The position numbers and the translations under genes are program-made. Below are positions 1 through 14,175 of a stretch of 64,000 nt of DNA, in pieces. The notes under the pieces are model-generated. The model did not search any database. It saw nothing but the letters and a program-made list of their open reading frames with translations, and was not told where the DNA came from. How positions within the stretch are numbered: position 1 is the stretch's first letter; the number at the start of each line of letters is the position of its first letter. The stretch covers positions 62,001 through 126,000 of the forward strand of contig JAQGDQ010000078.1 of assembly GCA_030141605.1 (NCBI GenBank), written 5' to 3'. The stretch is from Tubiluchus corallicola. Taxonomy: Eukaryota > Animalia > Priapulida.

Positions 1-434
1 ATTTGACATTAGACCTAATTCTTGGCCAGTATGACAAGAATTCAGCAGACTCTGAGTTGTATTTAAGGTCTGGAAAATTTCGTATTCTCATACTCATCAC
101 TATAATTATTCATGGTGGTAATTGAACTTAAATCCACTATTTATATGTCTTTAGGTTGTTAACAAAGAAATTAAATAATATAGTCAAAATGTAAAATAGC
201 AGTTTAAATTTCGTCTCAGCTAAATTTCCATTTAACATGATTTGTTTCTTCACTTTTTACCTGTAACTCAGTACAATTACAGTGTCCGTAACTTACTTCC
301 TATTAAATTCACCTTTGAGAAAATAGAAAGAAAAGCTGGGCTTAGTTAGCCTCTCTTCAGCACTTTCTTGAGCACTTGCTCAATTTCTTATTCACACTTT
401 TCATATTTGCTTTTGCTAGTTAAAGCAAATAGTT

Positions 435-780
435 AAACTAGTCGGGAATGCGAAGCACTGGTTTACTTGCTTTCTGAGTTTTTGCTTTCCCGAGATATGG
501 CTTTGAGATATAGACTATTACCATAACAAAGTAAACTTGTGTCAAATTTCAGCTTCCTAGCAGCTCTATAAGCCAAATTACAGATTTTTTTTCAAAATCA
601 ACTGCTCTGAAAGTCGAGCTACGGCCCACGCACATATACACACGCATTTACGGTTATCACAGTATCAAAATTTTCGTGAAATTTCGCAAATCGCATTGTT
701 TGTATCACAATGAGTAAATACCAGAATATTGAATTATATGAAAGGGAACGAATACAAGACCGGCGTCAAGGCGAAGCAAA
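435..780 (+). mobile_element. Possible Helitron/Helentron-associated non-autonomous repeat
   Basis: AAACTAG start, CCGAGATATGGC, CAAATTTCAGCTTCCTAGC and a short ACAT/ACAC tract, a layout typical of DINE-1/HINE-like repeats. Pattern recognition only. Confidence 0.35.
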
Positions 781-3079
781 TCTGTTTATGAAAGTTACGT
801 CAACAGTGAGTAACTCAAAAAACGCTACAGCTTTCTTTTAGAATTCCTACATATTTACAGGTCTCAAAATTGCCTTCCTTTAGAGAGTTTACAGCCAGAG
901 CCCTTTATTTGACATAGCAGCGCACTCTACCGGGGGAAACTAAACATGAGACAATTTATTTTTTTCTTTATCGCCGCCAGGTGCCGCCTACATCCACTTT
1001 ATCAGTGTTTAACGTGCTCTCAGAAACGTTGGAAGTGTTAATCAGTGCATGACTACTTTCTGATTCTAGCGGCTCAGCAGTAAGCGAAAAATCCCTCAGG
1101 CGGGAGAGCAGTAAATTCTATTTAAAATGCCAACTAGTCAACAAAATAAGGCGGATAAGCTTGGAATTGGGAACAGCTAGAAGGGTGAACATTAATATGG
1201 CGCTGTGTCTTAACCTCATGTTCAAACTACAGCACGCTAAGCTCATTAGAGAAGAGATAAGAAGTTTTGTTCACAAATAGTTCCGTTAAGAACGTTAGTT
1301 TCACTGAAATTCGTATCAGATCTCCAACAGATAAAAAATATAGTACATAGTCTAGTATAATGAATAGCATCAATGTACCATATCACTCCATAGCATCAAT
1401 CATCACATTAATTTCATATTGAATTGCATTGCTTTCATGTCCTACCGAAGCTCGCTGTTTTCAATTACGTACATGATGCTTTCTTTGCTGTATCGTACAA
1501 ATCATATCATATGCAATATCAGGTCAAATCACATTATAATATTATGTAACGTCGTATCACATTACACGGAAAGATTCAGCGTTTTGACAAATAAAACATA
1601 AAATAATTTGGACAACAATGGGTTTTCTGTGTCAACTAAATTGTTACTGATAACTCTTTCAGGCAACCATTTGAAAATCATCAGTATTGAAATTACTTAA
1701 TAGGAAACCCATTCTGTCCAAAAATGCTTACACCAATTTGATTCAATATGATAAGAATATTCATCATGTTCAACGATCGCAATGAGTAAAATAAAGGAAA
1801 CAACACGATTAAAGAGGTAAGTGGAAAAATTTCCTCAGCCAAAGTTAAACTTCGTCAACTGAAACACATTAAAACGGTTGGTTTTCTTGCGAAGATTAGA
1901 TCTAAAAAAAACGTAATCAATGATTTACCTTTCTAGAGTTAAACACAGTAACACGCGTTTTTACTTTTTATTGCATTGTTATCTGCGCTAACTGAACTTT
2001 ATGCAAAATGCAGTGTTTTGGTCGCTGTTTGCAGAATAAGGGATCACAGATGAAAAACGGCAATAAAGTCTAAAGCAATCTGTACAGGGTTGTTTAAATA
2101 TTCAAAAAAATTAAAAAATTCTTTAAGGCAAAACTTAACCTCATCTAGCCAGAGTTGCTTACGCTAAGCAGCTGGTGAGACAGAAGTCAATCAGACACTG
2201 CCATATTGGATTGAGATACGTACTTGACGTTATAATCACCGAGTTGAATTGTTTAGAACACAAAACTGTCGTTACTTTTACTTTGCTTTCGTATCGCAAA
2301 AACTACTGATCGGCAAAGAATGTGAACGGAAGAGAGTTATTAAAAAACTGCGCGAAGTGAACGAAGATTTGTGAAATTTTCCCGTGCTTACGTACTATAA
2401 TTGCGATTTTATATATTAACTGCAGCCTGAAATTAAGTAATACTATGATGTATAAATTTTAAATACAGGAAATGAAGTTTACAGACATATTTTATTTTTA
2501 AGCTATACATGGTACAGACACTCCAAAACCAAAGGAATTATTTATCCAAACTAATCACGTTAAAGTTATTGAACTGAATTTATTCAGGGGTAAAGACATT
2601 ATAATTATATTATTGGCTGGCATGCGACCTAGGCTTTCAAATCATTTCAAAATGACAATTTTTTTATTGTTATCTTGCTTACACCACAGAAATAATTATC
2701 AAGCGGCGTACATATTACAATATAAAAATTAAAATCAAAAGAATATATTTAATCTATCAAACAATTGATACAAAGACACAAAGATTTGTACCTAATTCAC
2801 AGCTCAAATGCTTAACTTTAAAAATAATAAATAAACACTTAAGAATTTTGAGGAGCAAGAAGCGTTTACGATTTATTAAAGTCACCAGAAATGACCAATA
2901 ATAATGTTAATAAAAGGTATTACTAAATATCCACATACAGCATGCAATAACAGATGATAAATAATTATGATGTTGGCAAAGACAAGATATGCAATCCATC
3001 TTTTGAACGTAAACATCTCAACACAACGCCAAGTAAATGTATTAATAAAGTGTCTCTCATTGGTGCGGTGATTCCTTAA

Positions 3080-3699
3080 AGGAAGACAGGATGATTTTTC
3101 ATATATATTACTATCCCATTTTCAAATCCGATAAAAAGTATACATTTTAACACAATTAATACTGCAAAAGTGCTTCTGATAATCATTAAATAATCGATTA
3201 ATACTTAACGGCGGGCGAGCCCAACTATTGATGACATCACAAACTAACATAATTTTCAATAGCAAAAATATTCTGCGAGCGTGTCGTACGTGTTTGCGAA
3301 AACGAAAATTGAAGTACAGTGCTGCTGTAAGACATTCAGTGGGTTGTACTAAAATTAGGCATGTTTTAAGATAAAAATTCAAATTTCAAATTTACTGCTG
3401 TGCTCGCGCATGAGCTGTCGAACGTGTGTAGTTCGTCAGAAACTAACACATCTGAAATGAGAGGTACAGTACCTGTTTTTCTATAATGCGTTTCCGAAAT
3501 GCAGGCGTTAATGGCCGTCTAACTAGCGAATGGCGAAAATGCATGAACAGCGAAGAACTAGTGGCGCGAATGCGAAGTTGTATTCGTGTGGTAATAATTC
3601 TTCACGGAAGTCATTTTTGAAAAAACAGTGTGATCCCTTTCAATGTTTTAAAGAGTACATTGTTTTGACCTACAGTTTAAGATTGTGTCCGGTTTTGCT
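3080..3699. mobile_element. Non-autonomous Kolobok-like DNA transposon (family K1), TTAA-flanked
   Basis: TTAA|AGGAAGACAGGA ... TCCGGTTTTGCT|TTAA imperfect TIRs. Colinear diverged copy at 12878-13476 and 3' half at ~36705-36981. Confidence 0.75.
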
Positions 3700-3703
3700 T
3701 TAA

Positions 3704-4261
3704 AGGAAAGGCTAAGCCTTCTGAGAAAATAAGCTTATTTCAATGTTGGTGAAAAGAAGTTAGAAAAATTTAATATATAAATGTATTAAGCACCTAATGT
3801 AATCAGTAAACCCAGGTTAATGACGCGTTCACTTGAAATTGTATGATCGCTTGAGCTCACTCATTCTGAACGTTCATTCTTCCACCAATGACGTCTATCA
3901 TTGGTTGAAGAAAACCAGCGCACTGTCATTTAAGTCAAAAGTATAATAAGTAATAAGTTTTTACAAAACATTAGACAACTAATTTTATGATATTTTTGCA
4001 TGAACATTAGGTAAGCTGCAGAAGCTAAAATTAATTTAAACAGCACGCGCTTACGAAAAGCCACGAAGTCCACCATTAACGCCAGTGAATTTTCAAGTGA
4101 GTGGTGGATGCCACCATACCGGAAAATTTCTGTAACAGCGGTAGTATAAATTAACTTTATGCTTTATAGAAAATTTTTTGCTATATTTCTTCGTTATATT
4201 TTTCTAAGTTTAAACGATAACAGTGAAATAAATCCAAAATCCAAGTGACTTGTCCTTTCTT
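3704..4261. mobile_element. Second Kolobok-like MITE (family K2), abutting K1
   Basis: TTAA|AGGAAAGGCTAAGCC ... GACTTGTCCTTTCTT|TTAA (11/15 TIR match); shares the TTAA at 3700-3703 with K1. Confidence 0.6.
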
Positions 4262-4371
4262 TTAATGATATACGTTTAGGCGCACGCGTCAATATCATGT
4301 CAAATGTTTTGACAGCGTTACCTCAAGTATTCAAGGTTGCGTGCATACAACATATGTAGGGTAATGAGTAA

Positions 4372-5065
4372 TACATCACTTGACAATGCGTCAGAAAAAT
4401 AAAAATTGGATATTTTAGAAGAAAATCATTCTATTACTAAACAACAAGAAGCACCAAGGGCGCACAAATGCACACAGAAACGGACGTTTCCGTCCAACAT
4501 TTTCCGTTCTAAAACTTTATCCACTAAACACATACCCGCGCAAAAAAACGCTAAAACGGGCAGAAATGTGGTTTCTGGCTGCATTTCCGGCCTGCTTAAG
4601 AAAAGTAAACGTCGTTTTTGCGTTCTCTCAATTTTTGCGCAAAGCAACTGGGTGAATATTCCCATTTAATGTTACCAGTACCAATAAAACGACTATTTGC
4701 ACAAAAAACACAAAGCAAGCACTAAACAACTAAGCAAAAGAAAGATGTTAAATTTGAGTATTTTGTCTAAATTTATTTTATTCAGTAAAAATTAATATCA
4801 TATCCCTGTGACATGGTTCACAGCTTAAAAGAACCTATAGTAAACCGACTCACTGACTGACTAGCCGACTAACTAACCAGGTGATTTACGAATTAACTCT
4901 TTGATTAACTGACCAACTTCTTGTTTACCTGACTGACTAATCAACACTCTGCTTGACCAATTCACATAATTACTGCTAGTGATGGTATAGGATTAACTTA
5001 TGCGGAGCCAGGCACAGTGTAGTGATTGACTAACCAACTCACTCGCTGATTTAACGACTAAGCTG
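4372..5065 (+). repeat. Local diverged duplication, copy 1 (partner 6105-6790), running into a degenerate (GACT)n tract to ~5480
   Basis: Shared blocks: catca.ttgacaatgc..ca..aaa..ttggatattt; taaacaactaagcaaa.gaaaga; cagtaaaaattaatatc; tgactaaccaactc. Middle segments differ. Confidence 0.8.
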
Positions 5066-6104
5066 TGAAAATTGGCTAAGCCAGTGACCGACGAATTACC
5101 TCATCTAAAGTCAGTGACAGACTGATTACATGACTGACAGATCGACTAACTGACACAACTGGCTGACTGACCGTTAAATTCACTGAATATGTGAATAAAT
5201 CAGTCACTAAGTTCAAAACCGACTGCCGGCCTCCTCAATACCCAATAACCAACTAAATCAACTAGTTATTCACTCATTAATTAACTGACAATTTGGTTGA
5301 ATCACTTACCGATCTGACTAAGAAAATTACCAAGTGAATGACTGAGGTACTTAGGTAGTTTAATGAAAAGCTGACAGGTGACTAACTAATTGATAAAATG
5401 ACTAATTAAATGAAAGACCAAGTCATTGGCTTAATAAACTCATCTGTTCAGCTTAACTAGTTGTTTGGATTGACAATGTATTAACTCACCAGATTAGAGT
5501 TCATCTTACCCTAGAAAAATATTTTTGTTTCTGTGCGGTCACAGACATCAACAAAATAAGCAAACTTGAGCAAAGCTTAAGTATTGCAGTTTTTGCGTAC
5601 ATACTTGTGCCAGTGTTCGAACACATACTGTGCAGAACTAAAGACATAGGGCTGTACTTTATTTCCTACAACTTTATCATTTTGTGACCATGAAATTTCA
5701 ACCTTATGAATAACATAATACAATGCAAATAAAGGCCATGAAAGGTCTGTCGAAAAGCTACAATAATTAAATAAACACTAAACGCCTTGGGCAGGGTTAA
5801 CTACCTCAAAACCCAGCCACTGCTGATTTTAATGAATATTTAATAATACAGGTGGGCAACATAAATGATTTTGAATAGTGTTATGAAAGTCACAGCTAAA
5901 AGGTGTGCACCGTTTAGCAGTGAAAAACTATTTTATAATGTTTTGCCGCAACTTTTGCTTTATGGCCATATAACAAAAAAGTTAATAAAACTACTAATGA
6001 AACTGAAACATTTTAAATCAAATGTCCGATATTCTGCAAATTTCTAAAATGATAACAAATATAATCGAGTAGTGCACTGACAAGAACTGAGCGAGCAAAG
6101 TTGA

Positions 6105-6790
6105 GTGCATCAGTTGACAATGCATCAAGAAAAGAAAACTTGGATATTTTTAAGAAAACCATTCTACTGTGAAACAAGAAACAAGTTAATATGTTGTTTA
6201 TTAGCGCAGACAATCGTTCGGACAGCAATTGTCGTTTTCAATGCTATAAATCAAGACAAAACAATTAATTGGCACAATTATGACACTACTAAATGCAATG
6301 CAACTGTATTATGCAACTTCAGCGTAAATTATAGTTACCGCACCCAGGGGCAGCATACAGCAAATTATAAAGAGTTTTTATCTTGCTTCATTTTTGAACA
6401 GTAAAACGAGTGTTTGTAGAAAAGCACAAAGCGAGCATACTAAACAACTAAGCAAATGAAAGACTTCAATTTTAGTATTTTGTCTTAAATAATTTTATAC
6501 AGTAAAAATTAATATCGCAAGTTTGTAACATAGTTTACGGCTTTTAAAAACTATAGTAAATCAACTGACTTATGAGACAGCTGACTCGCTGACTAACTGA
6601 TCTGGTAATTTATGGATTAACTCCTTGAATAACTAACCAGCTTCTTGTTTAGTTGACTGACTAATCAACTCACTGACTAACAAATTCACACAACCACAGC
6701 TAGTGGTTGGGTAACTTTTATTGACTGATAGTCCTGAATAGTGCAGTAATTGACTAACCAACTCAATCACTGATTTAACAACTAATGAGC
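6105..6790 (+). repeat. Local diverged duplication, copy 2
   Basis: Same blocks as 4372-5065. Confidence 0.8.
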
Positions 6791-6989
6791 TGATAAAAGC
6801 ACACTAGCAGCAAGTCTTACATCATGATTGTCAGCACAAACCATGTTACTCAGTGGCAAAGGGTGTGCATTAGTAAAACCAAACCAGCATTACAAGAGTA
6901 AAATTGTTTAAAAAACTTCGCAAATGCATATAATTAAAAATGTTCATTTCTGGCCAGTATACATGCATAACACAATACACACTTGTTTT

Positions 6990-7355
6990 AGGTACCACAC
7001 CACACCACAGATTTGAAACACACCCTTTCGCACACATCACACCACACATGTTCACATCACGTCACATCACACCATACATTTCATCACCTCTGGTACACAC
7101 CACAGCATACCACAAATTTAACCTTATGCACCTCTGGGTACACACCACACCACCACGCCACACATTTGCTTAACACTCTTTAGCACACACATCACACACT
7201 GGCTCACACATTTTGGTACCAACCACACCGCAACACACCACGTCACTGCACACTGCATCATGTGCATCTGACACACAGTACGCACTGTGCCACGAGCGCA
7301 CACTACACCATGTACGTGCTCACACACCATACACTTGCGTATTACATACACCTTA
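6990..7355 (+). repeat. Degenerate CA-rich (CACAC/CACAT)n low-complexity repeat
   Basis: accacaccacaccacag...cacatcacaccacac; the source of spurious His/Thr and Val/Cys ORFs. Confidence 0.85.
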
Positions 7356-9415
7356 AGTACGCGTCATACACTTGCAAGAACCTAGTACTTTAATAAGTTG
7401 AGAGTCTTTGTTCGGCATCAGCTACTAAAACGTTTTATAAATATTGATGCTATTGTTAGTGTCATATTATTCAAATAGTTTCAAATAGAATTTACATTTC
7501 TAAAACACAACTAAAGATAGTTGTCTAAGCAGGATGTGCACACCTGTGTTAAACGTTAATTAACTGGAACAGTAATCATGGACAGGTGTTAATAACCTTT
7601 TCAAATTAGACACAATTACAAGTTTTTCACCTAGTGCATTTACCTCCCTGAATAAGCTAGGTGGGAATGATGTGTGCTGATCAATTATAATAATTTGCAT
7701 AGAGCTTCCTTTCTCGCGTTCAGTAATCGATCATTGAGATGATTAAACTTTTATACTTACAGATTTGGAAGTCGGGAAATCCTCGACACACGCTAACCAT
7801 CCTGCCTAACATCTGAATGAAGAAGTAGGTGACCGAACAGTTAAGATGACAACATATTCACATAAATTATCTATTATTAACTCTAAATGTTTGAAAACAA
7901 TCACTGCTAGCTAATACTCGCAGATGAAAGTGAACTCATTGAATTGATTTCAAAAACAAAACAGCATCTTTCATAAATCCAGAAACGCCCACGCACTTAG
8001 CCGTTTTTTCAACATTCGCACATTTTGTAGTTAATTTTAAGAAGTTCGTAGTCCAAGTCTTCATCAATGATGGTAGTGTTCAAGAAACCAGTTCACTGTG
8101 AGAGAGAGACACAGATATTTCTCTAGACAAACACTTGACTATCTCAACTAGGTATGTCTCTATCTGTGAACGCACTCAGCTGCACAGTGAGCGAATTGTT
8201 CACAATTATTATCATTATCAGGATTTTAGCAGCGACTCGTTATCACTGATGAACTCGACTTAATAACTTTACCGGTTTATTATAATTCCAATACAGCATG
8301 CACAAACGTAGTCTAGCATATAATGAGTGAAATTAAAAATTTTCTCAGTAAGTACTCTGATCTGCAGTTTAAAACACTGACCATAAACTGTGATAAAATT
8401 CTGTATCTAAAAGTCTGAACCATAAATTTGTAGGGTAATAAGTTGCTGTCACTTTCCAAAATAAAATGCAAGACGACCTAGTTTTACAATTTTAAGTTGC
8501 ATCAGTGCATGAGAACTATAATGTCAAAAATTCACGGCACATGTTTTCACTGTAAGAAAGAGTCAAAACGTATTCTGACTAAAAGCAAATCAATATATAA
8601 GAATTCACTACACTGTTCATTGTTTTGTCATAAAATTACGCAGAACACCACATGCACAGCAGTTGTAAAACAGACAGCCGCGTACGCGCAGTTCTTTTCG
8701 CAAATGCGGTGAAACGAATTTCTGAATCAACAGACCGAAAACTATGCTGGTCCAAGGCAACGACCACAAAGTTAAAGCATTTAACAAATAAATTCAACCA
8801 TAAAATTAAGTTACAGTTACCGTTTTCTAATCCCATGAAAACGCAGCACAAGTTTTTCATAATATAAACCATCTCCTTCAGTATTTCACTAGGGCGATTA
8901 TGTCATTGTTCAATCGACAAATTTATTTTATTTAGGAAGGTTGAATTAACGGATTAGTTAAAGCGAAGCGTGCTGGTGATTGAGGAAGATTACTTTACTT
9001 CATTTAACAAGTTTAGAACAAGGCTGTCAGAAACATGTAAAGTCTGATAAATACGCTCAACACGAAACGCAATAAATGGATTATAGAACGATTAAATGCA
9101 GCCTAAAACTACCGCGAGCATCTACGCTTAGAGATACAACACATAAAAACAAAGCTATCGCTGTTTCATTTTATTGATCAATAAAATAGTGAAGCATTGG
9201 GGCACATTAAGAGTGCTATTTTTACTGTTAGAATTGGTAATGATTTTATTTCTTCATGTTCTGAAGAAATTAATGGAAAAATTCACCTAAAAGTTATATA
9301 AAAGATACTCAAAACTCAGTTTTCTATGCGTTAAAGAAAAAACAGTTGATTTCACTGCTTAGCGCACCGGATATTGTCAGCTTAAGAGGAAGTGGCACTA
9401 ACAAATAATGTTGAA

Positions 9416-9461
9416 CAACCATTAATCTCTTGGGATGACAACCATTAATCTCTTGGGATGA
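9416..9461 (+). repeat. Perfect 23-bp tandem duplication
   Basis: CAACCATTAATCTCTTGGGATGA x2. Confidence 0.95.
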
Positions 9462-12400
9462 TATATTTAGCAAGGGACTTGCGACAGTTTTTGTCCTAAT
9501 CGACCTAGCTAGCCGAAGGCAAGATCAGGTAAATCATAAAACAAATAAATTCACCAAACATAATGAAATTATAAAAAATGGAGAACAATTACTCCATTAA
9601 CGAACTCTGTTTTTGAGCACATAATTCGTCTATTTTTATTTCAGTATTGGGTTTGCCAATGTTGAAATTTATTTTACATTCACTTGTTGTCACTTTCAGG
9701 TGCTGAGATGGAAATCTTGTGTTAAACAAATCACCATCTTTAGATCTTCAGATATAAAAATACCAGAAGTATATTGATAATAGCAACTCTCAAAGAAAGT
9801 ACTATACTTTTTATTTCAGGCTAAAATGTCAAATGTACAAAGATTTACATAATTACAGATAAAACTAAGATTAGCATAATAAAAATAATTACAAATTCGC
9901 TAAAATTGCCTAAATTCACCTAAAATTTGGTGATAAAAATTCATTCCACAGTTTGAACACATGCGATTTATATAGTGCATCAGAATTCACATTATCAACA
10001 ACATACGTGTTATTTGAGAAAGCAGTATATTTCTAAGGCTATATCTAAGATTTTCTACGCAAATGAACAAACTGTGGTAGTCGGAGATTCATGCACATGC
10101 CATATGTGCTACAATCATATCTTAATTCAAAACCTTTTCGTATTTTATTATTACAAGCTACCGGATAGACTTTTAAAGTACCAGGTTACCAGCACTGTAT
10201 GTGCTTCATACACTACTGCAGTAATACACTAGTACGTACTAATTCAAGAAAATGGTAAAATTGACGTAAAACAGTTATGACTTGATAGGAAATGTTACAC
10301 TGAACTCCTCCTCGTCCTTGACTATTCAATAAACAGTCAAATGCTTCAGGCAATTGAAACATTAACGCTTCCCCCACCCTCTGAATTCCCAGTATGAGTG
10401 AAAACTGACACTAACACAGCAAACTGAGATGTGGTCATTGGTCAAACAATAACATCAATAATACAACGTCCACTCAAACACATTAAAACTGGTAACTTCA
10501 TGAATTTAACTAAAAATCAGTCAAATCTGTAGTCATTTTTGAAGTGGGCAAAGTAACCAATCTGAAACAATTACTGTGATAAAAAATTTGTATGAAGCAA
10601 ATGTGCACAGAAGTTCCAGGGCAGTGCAATTAATTTTACATTTGTCTAAATCCTCTATTTTTTAATACTAATGTGTTCTAAATTACTTACCTACAAATTA
10701 ATTCTCTCTTGTAAATATTTTTGTAGTCCATGCTAGTTTTTAACATTGCATTTTATTTTTATATGTCTCCTATTTTAATTAATATAGGAACTGTACTTTT
10801 TGTACGATAGGAATTCAATTAATAATCAATAATAAATTCCCTAAGTACCACAAAGTTTATTATTTACCTCTTAACACTTGTTACAAGACATCCTATTATC
10901 ACAGTTTAACCATAATCACAAATGTGTTGAAACTGGAGTGTTATCATAAATGTCACATTGTTCTGAAATCTGCTCACCACTACAATTACCTGTTAAATCA
11001 TAGTAAAATAAAGCAGATGCCAACACTAACTCAGAGGAGAGGGTGATTCAAAAGAGATCAGCACTCTGACAGTTCTGGTAGAGGCTTGAGGAAAGGTAAA
11101 TGACTCGTATACTAGAACTTTCCATCAGTGGATGAACATCCCTTGGTCGTATAGAATGTAAAGTTGCTAACTTTGTTATTAACTGATTCTACCAAAATAG
11201 CAAAATTTCTAAATATTGTTTTCTGTATTATTGAAATGTATTATGAAATCTAATAAGATGGTGCGCTAGCTACATCATAAAATGGTACTGATAAATAATT
11301 CCTATCACTGCTGATAGTATCAGAGCCTTATAGATAGTTACACTACAATTTATATAATACAACGTTTAATATTACTGCCATTAACAAACTGTACTAGGGA
11401 TCGTAAACATAACCAATTTAAAATCTTTAGTAAACCTTGAAATATCAGCATATCGTACAGTTAAGCTTCGAGTGGGAGCCTACGGCTGTATATTTAACGT
11501 AAAAATGCAATATGCGTGCAGCTTTCTATCCTGCCGGCTTTAATAAACCTTAATTAACAAAACAATAGCTAGATACAAGTAATGAAACAAATTGCAGCAC
11601 AATGCCATTTCTCCTACATAACCTTGAAATAGGAAGAACAGAAACAAAAGACTGAAGGCATTAACGATGCTTTTAAAGATGACCTACATATCAGAACCAC
11701 GCTTCTCTAAATGAGTTGCTTGAAAACTTGTATGAATTTTGACACAAAACAAAAATGAGGTCACACAATTACAGATAAATTCAAAAACTTGTTGACATGC
11801 AAAACGGTGCCCATTTTACTTATCAAAGATTACTTTAACAGTTGTGGTAACAAAAAAGTGAATAATACAGAGGTGTACTTAGGTATGGATTACTGGTTCA
11901 AAAGATAATAGCTCGCTGTTACAGTAACTGGTCACTTTGTGCCCTTTAGCTACGTTAAGCTATAAGATCCTGGTGAAAGCCAACTTAAAGTGAAAACAGT
12001 CTCACCCAAACCTTAAGTTATTCAGGACTTTATCAAGCACGCGATCATTGGTCAACTTAATTTAGAGAACAGAATCATGTAAACATCAATTTACATCTCA
12101 TGGATAAGTATATAGCATTTTTATGTACATGTACAAACCAAAATGTTTGTAGTTATAACAGATGAACTAAAACCTTGGTCAAATTGGTCAAATTGAACGA
12201 AAATCTGTAAAGAGCTACTGCACTAGAAGGCTTTGCTATTTTTACTATCTTTTTCAGGGACCTCAAGAGCCTCAGAAACCAATCTGATGACAAGTCGGGT
12301 ATCTCGCATTGAAAAACTCTTTCATAGCTCATGAGGAAGGGATGTACCTTGTTGAAATTCTACTAACAGTATACCAAACAGGAAAAAATTAAAATAATAA

Positions 12401-12877
12401 ATTAAAATGCTGAAAACTAGAATGCTGGCAATAGAATAATGAAAAACCATGAGGTGGGAAACAAATGAGTACTGCGTGTGACCCTGACCTGGCACCTTTC
12501 ATTTTCTTTATAGGCCAGGTGGAGAACCTTAACCCAGTTTTGGCAACCACAGCTTATGAGATTTAAAGCAAACATGAGTGTTACAAGCACTGGCACTTTT
12601 GACCCGACATTCTCCTTAAATTCATGTTAACCAGGAAAAATTTCATGGGGGAAGACTCATATCAAGAGTCAGCAGAACTTGAGTTTGAGGACTTAAGAAC
12701 CAATAGCTGTGATAAAGGTAGCCTTGACTAGTTGGGATTTGACCTTTTATTCCCATAACATAGACCTGTAAGAAGCAGAGAAGAGCACAAGGTGAACAAT
12801 GTAAACAAGTTTGTTTACATAGTATCAACAGCTTTCAAGTTTTAGGTTTGTGTCGAGCCATAAATAAACGTTCTTAA

Positions 12878-13476
12878 ATGAAAACAGTACGATTTTTCAT
12901 ATCTGACCCCATTTTGAAGTTCGGTAAATAGTATGCATTTTGACACATGTAATAATCTCAAAGCATTTCTGATAATTAAATAATAGCTTAAACTTTAATT
13001 AATGGCAAGCAAGCCCAACTAGTGATGACATCACAAATGAACATAATTTTCAGTAGCACAAACATTCCATGAGCGTGTTGCACTTGTTTGAGAGAGCAAA
13101 AATTGAAGTACAGTGTTACTCTACAACATTTAGTGTGATTTACAAAACCTCGGCAAGTTTTTAAGTTTAAAATTCGATCACACGTAAGCACTCGAACACA
13201 TGTACTACGTCACAACTGAAAACCTCTTAACTGAGAGGTACAGCACCTATTTTTTGGTTAAAGCGTTTCCGAGATGTAGGCATTAGTACACGTCTAACTA
13301 GCAAATGGTGAAATGTATGTAACAGTAAAGAACTAAGAGTGCTAATTAAGAATTACATTTCAGTGGAATTAATTCTTTCATGTAAGTCATTCTTGAAAAA
13401 ATAGTATGCTTCCTTTCAATATTTTATAGGGTAGATTGTTTGGAGCTATATTTAAACATTGAGTCATGCTTTTTGT
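12878..13476. mobile_element. Kolobok-like MITE family K1, copy 2
   Basis: Colinear with 3080-3699 (gcccaacta.tgatgacatcacaaa, aaattgaagtacagtg, gcgtttccga.atg.aggc, gtctaactagc.aatgg); TTAA on both sides. Confidence 0.8.
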
Positions 13477-13672
13477 TTAAAGAACTAGTGCAAACTTCTT
13501 ATTGCACTGGTTGCAAAAAGTATAAAATCTGTCAGAGGTTGTAACACAAATTACCAATGCCGAGGTTTTAGTACATAATGTACTAAAATTAGCTAACATA
13601 AAAATCACAGGAATTATGTATCACCATAGCTGCCAAAATAGATGTGGTCTGATGGCAAAATACAAAGCTAAT

Positions 13673-14175
13673 AATAATGGGCGAGTTTGAAATTTTGTAA
13701 TTCGATTATAATCTTGTGCTGATAATTTGATATCACGAGACACGACAAATCTTTTGTGGTGATTTTTAGTGTTTTAGCCGTATTTATAAATGATTGCAGT
13801 AAAATATAGCCTGTAAGCTTCTTCACAGCTTTCGTCGTTGTCTACCATACTCGCAAACTATTTTCATAGACGCACACACCACACACTCGTCAACTACTCT
13901 ACTACTACGTCAATACACATCATGCGAAAAAGAATTTAAAGCCCCCAGTTTCTAACACTGTGCTCATTTTGTAAGGCGAGAAAAACTAAGCAAAAATGCA
14001 AGGATTTCATTTATTTGTGCTAAAACACTGCTAATTAGTCAGTTTGTAACACGTATATTTTGCTCTGGATTAATCTCAATTAATTGAATTACTGTTCAAT
14101 CTAATCCCCAATTATGTAGATTATAAGGTGGTTGTAATCAAGATTAATTCAATCAATCTGTAATCGCCCATCACT
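13673..14175. mobile_element. hAT-like MITE
   Basis: Imperfect TIRs AATAATGGGCGAG ... TAATCGCCCATCACT, with internal subterminal GATTA/TAATC repeats. Confidence 0.5.

Noticed and set aside
6870-7351. Cys/Val- and His/Thr-rich ORFs
   Set aside because: Translations of a CA-rich simple repeat.
11031-11188. Exon-like segment with minus-strand splice sites
   Set aside because: Stops in all three frames; no Tec similarity.
12480-12765. Candidate next Tec exon (good minus-strand acceptor near 12765)
   Set aside because: Stop codon early in the required phase-1 frame; no Btk motif.
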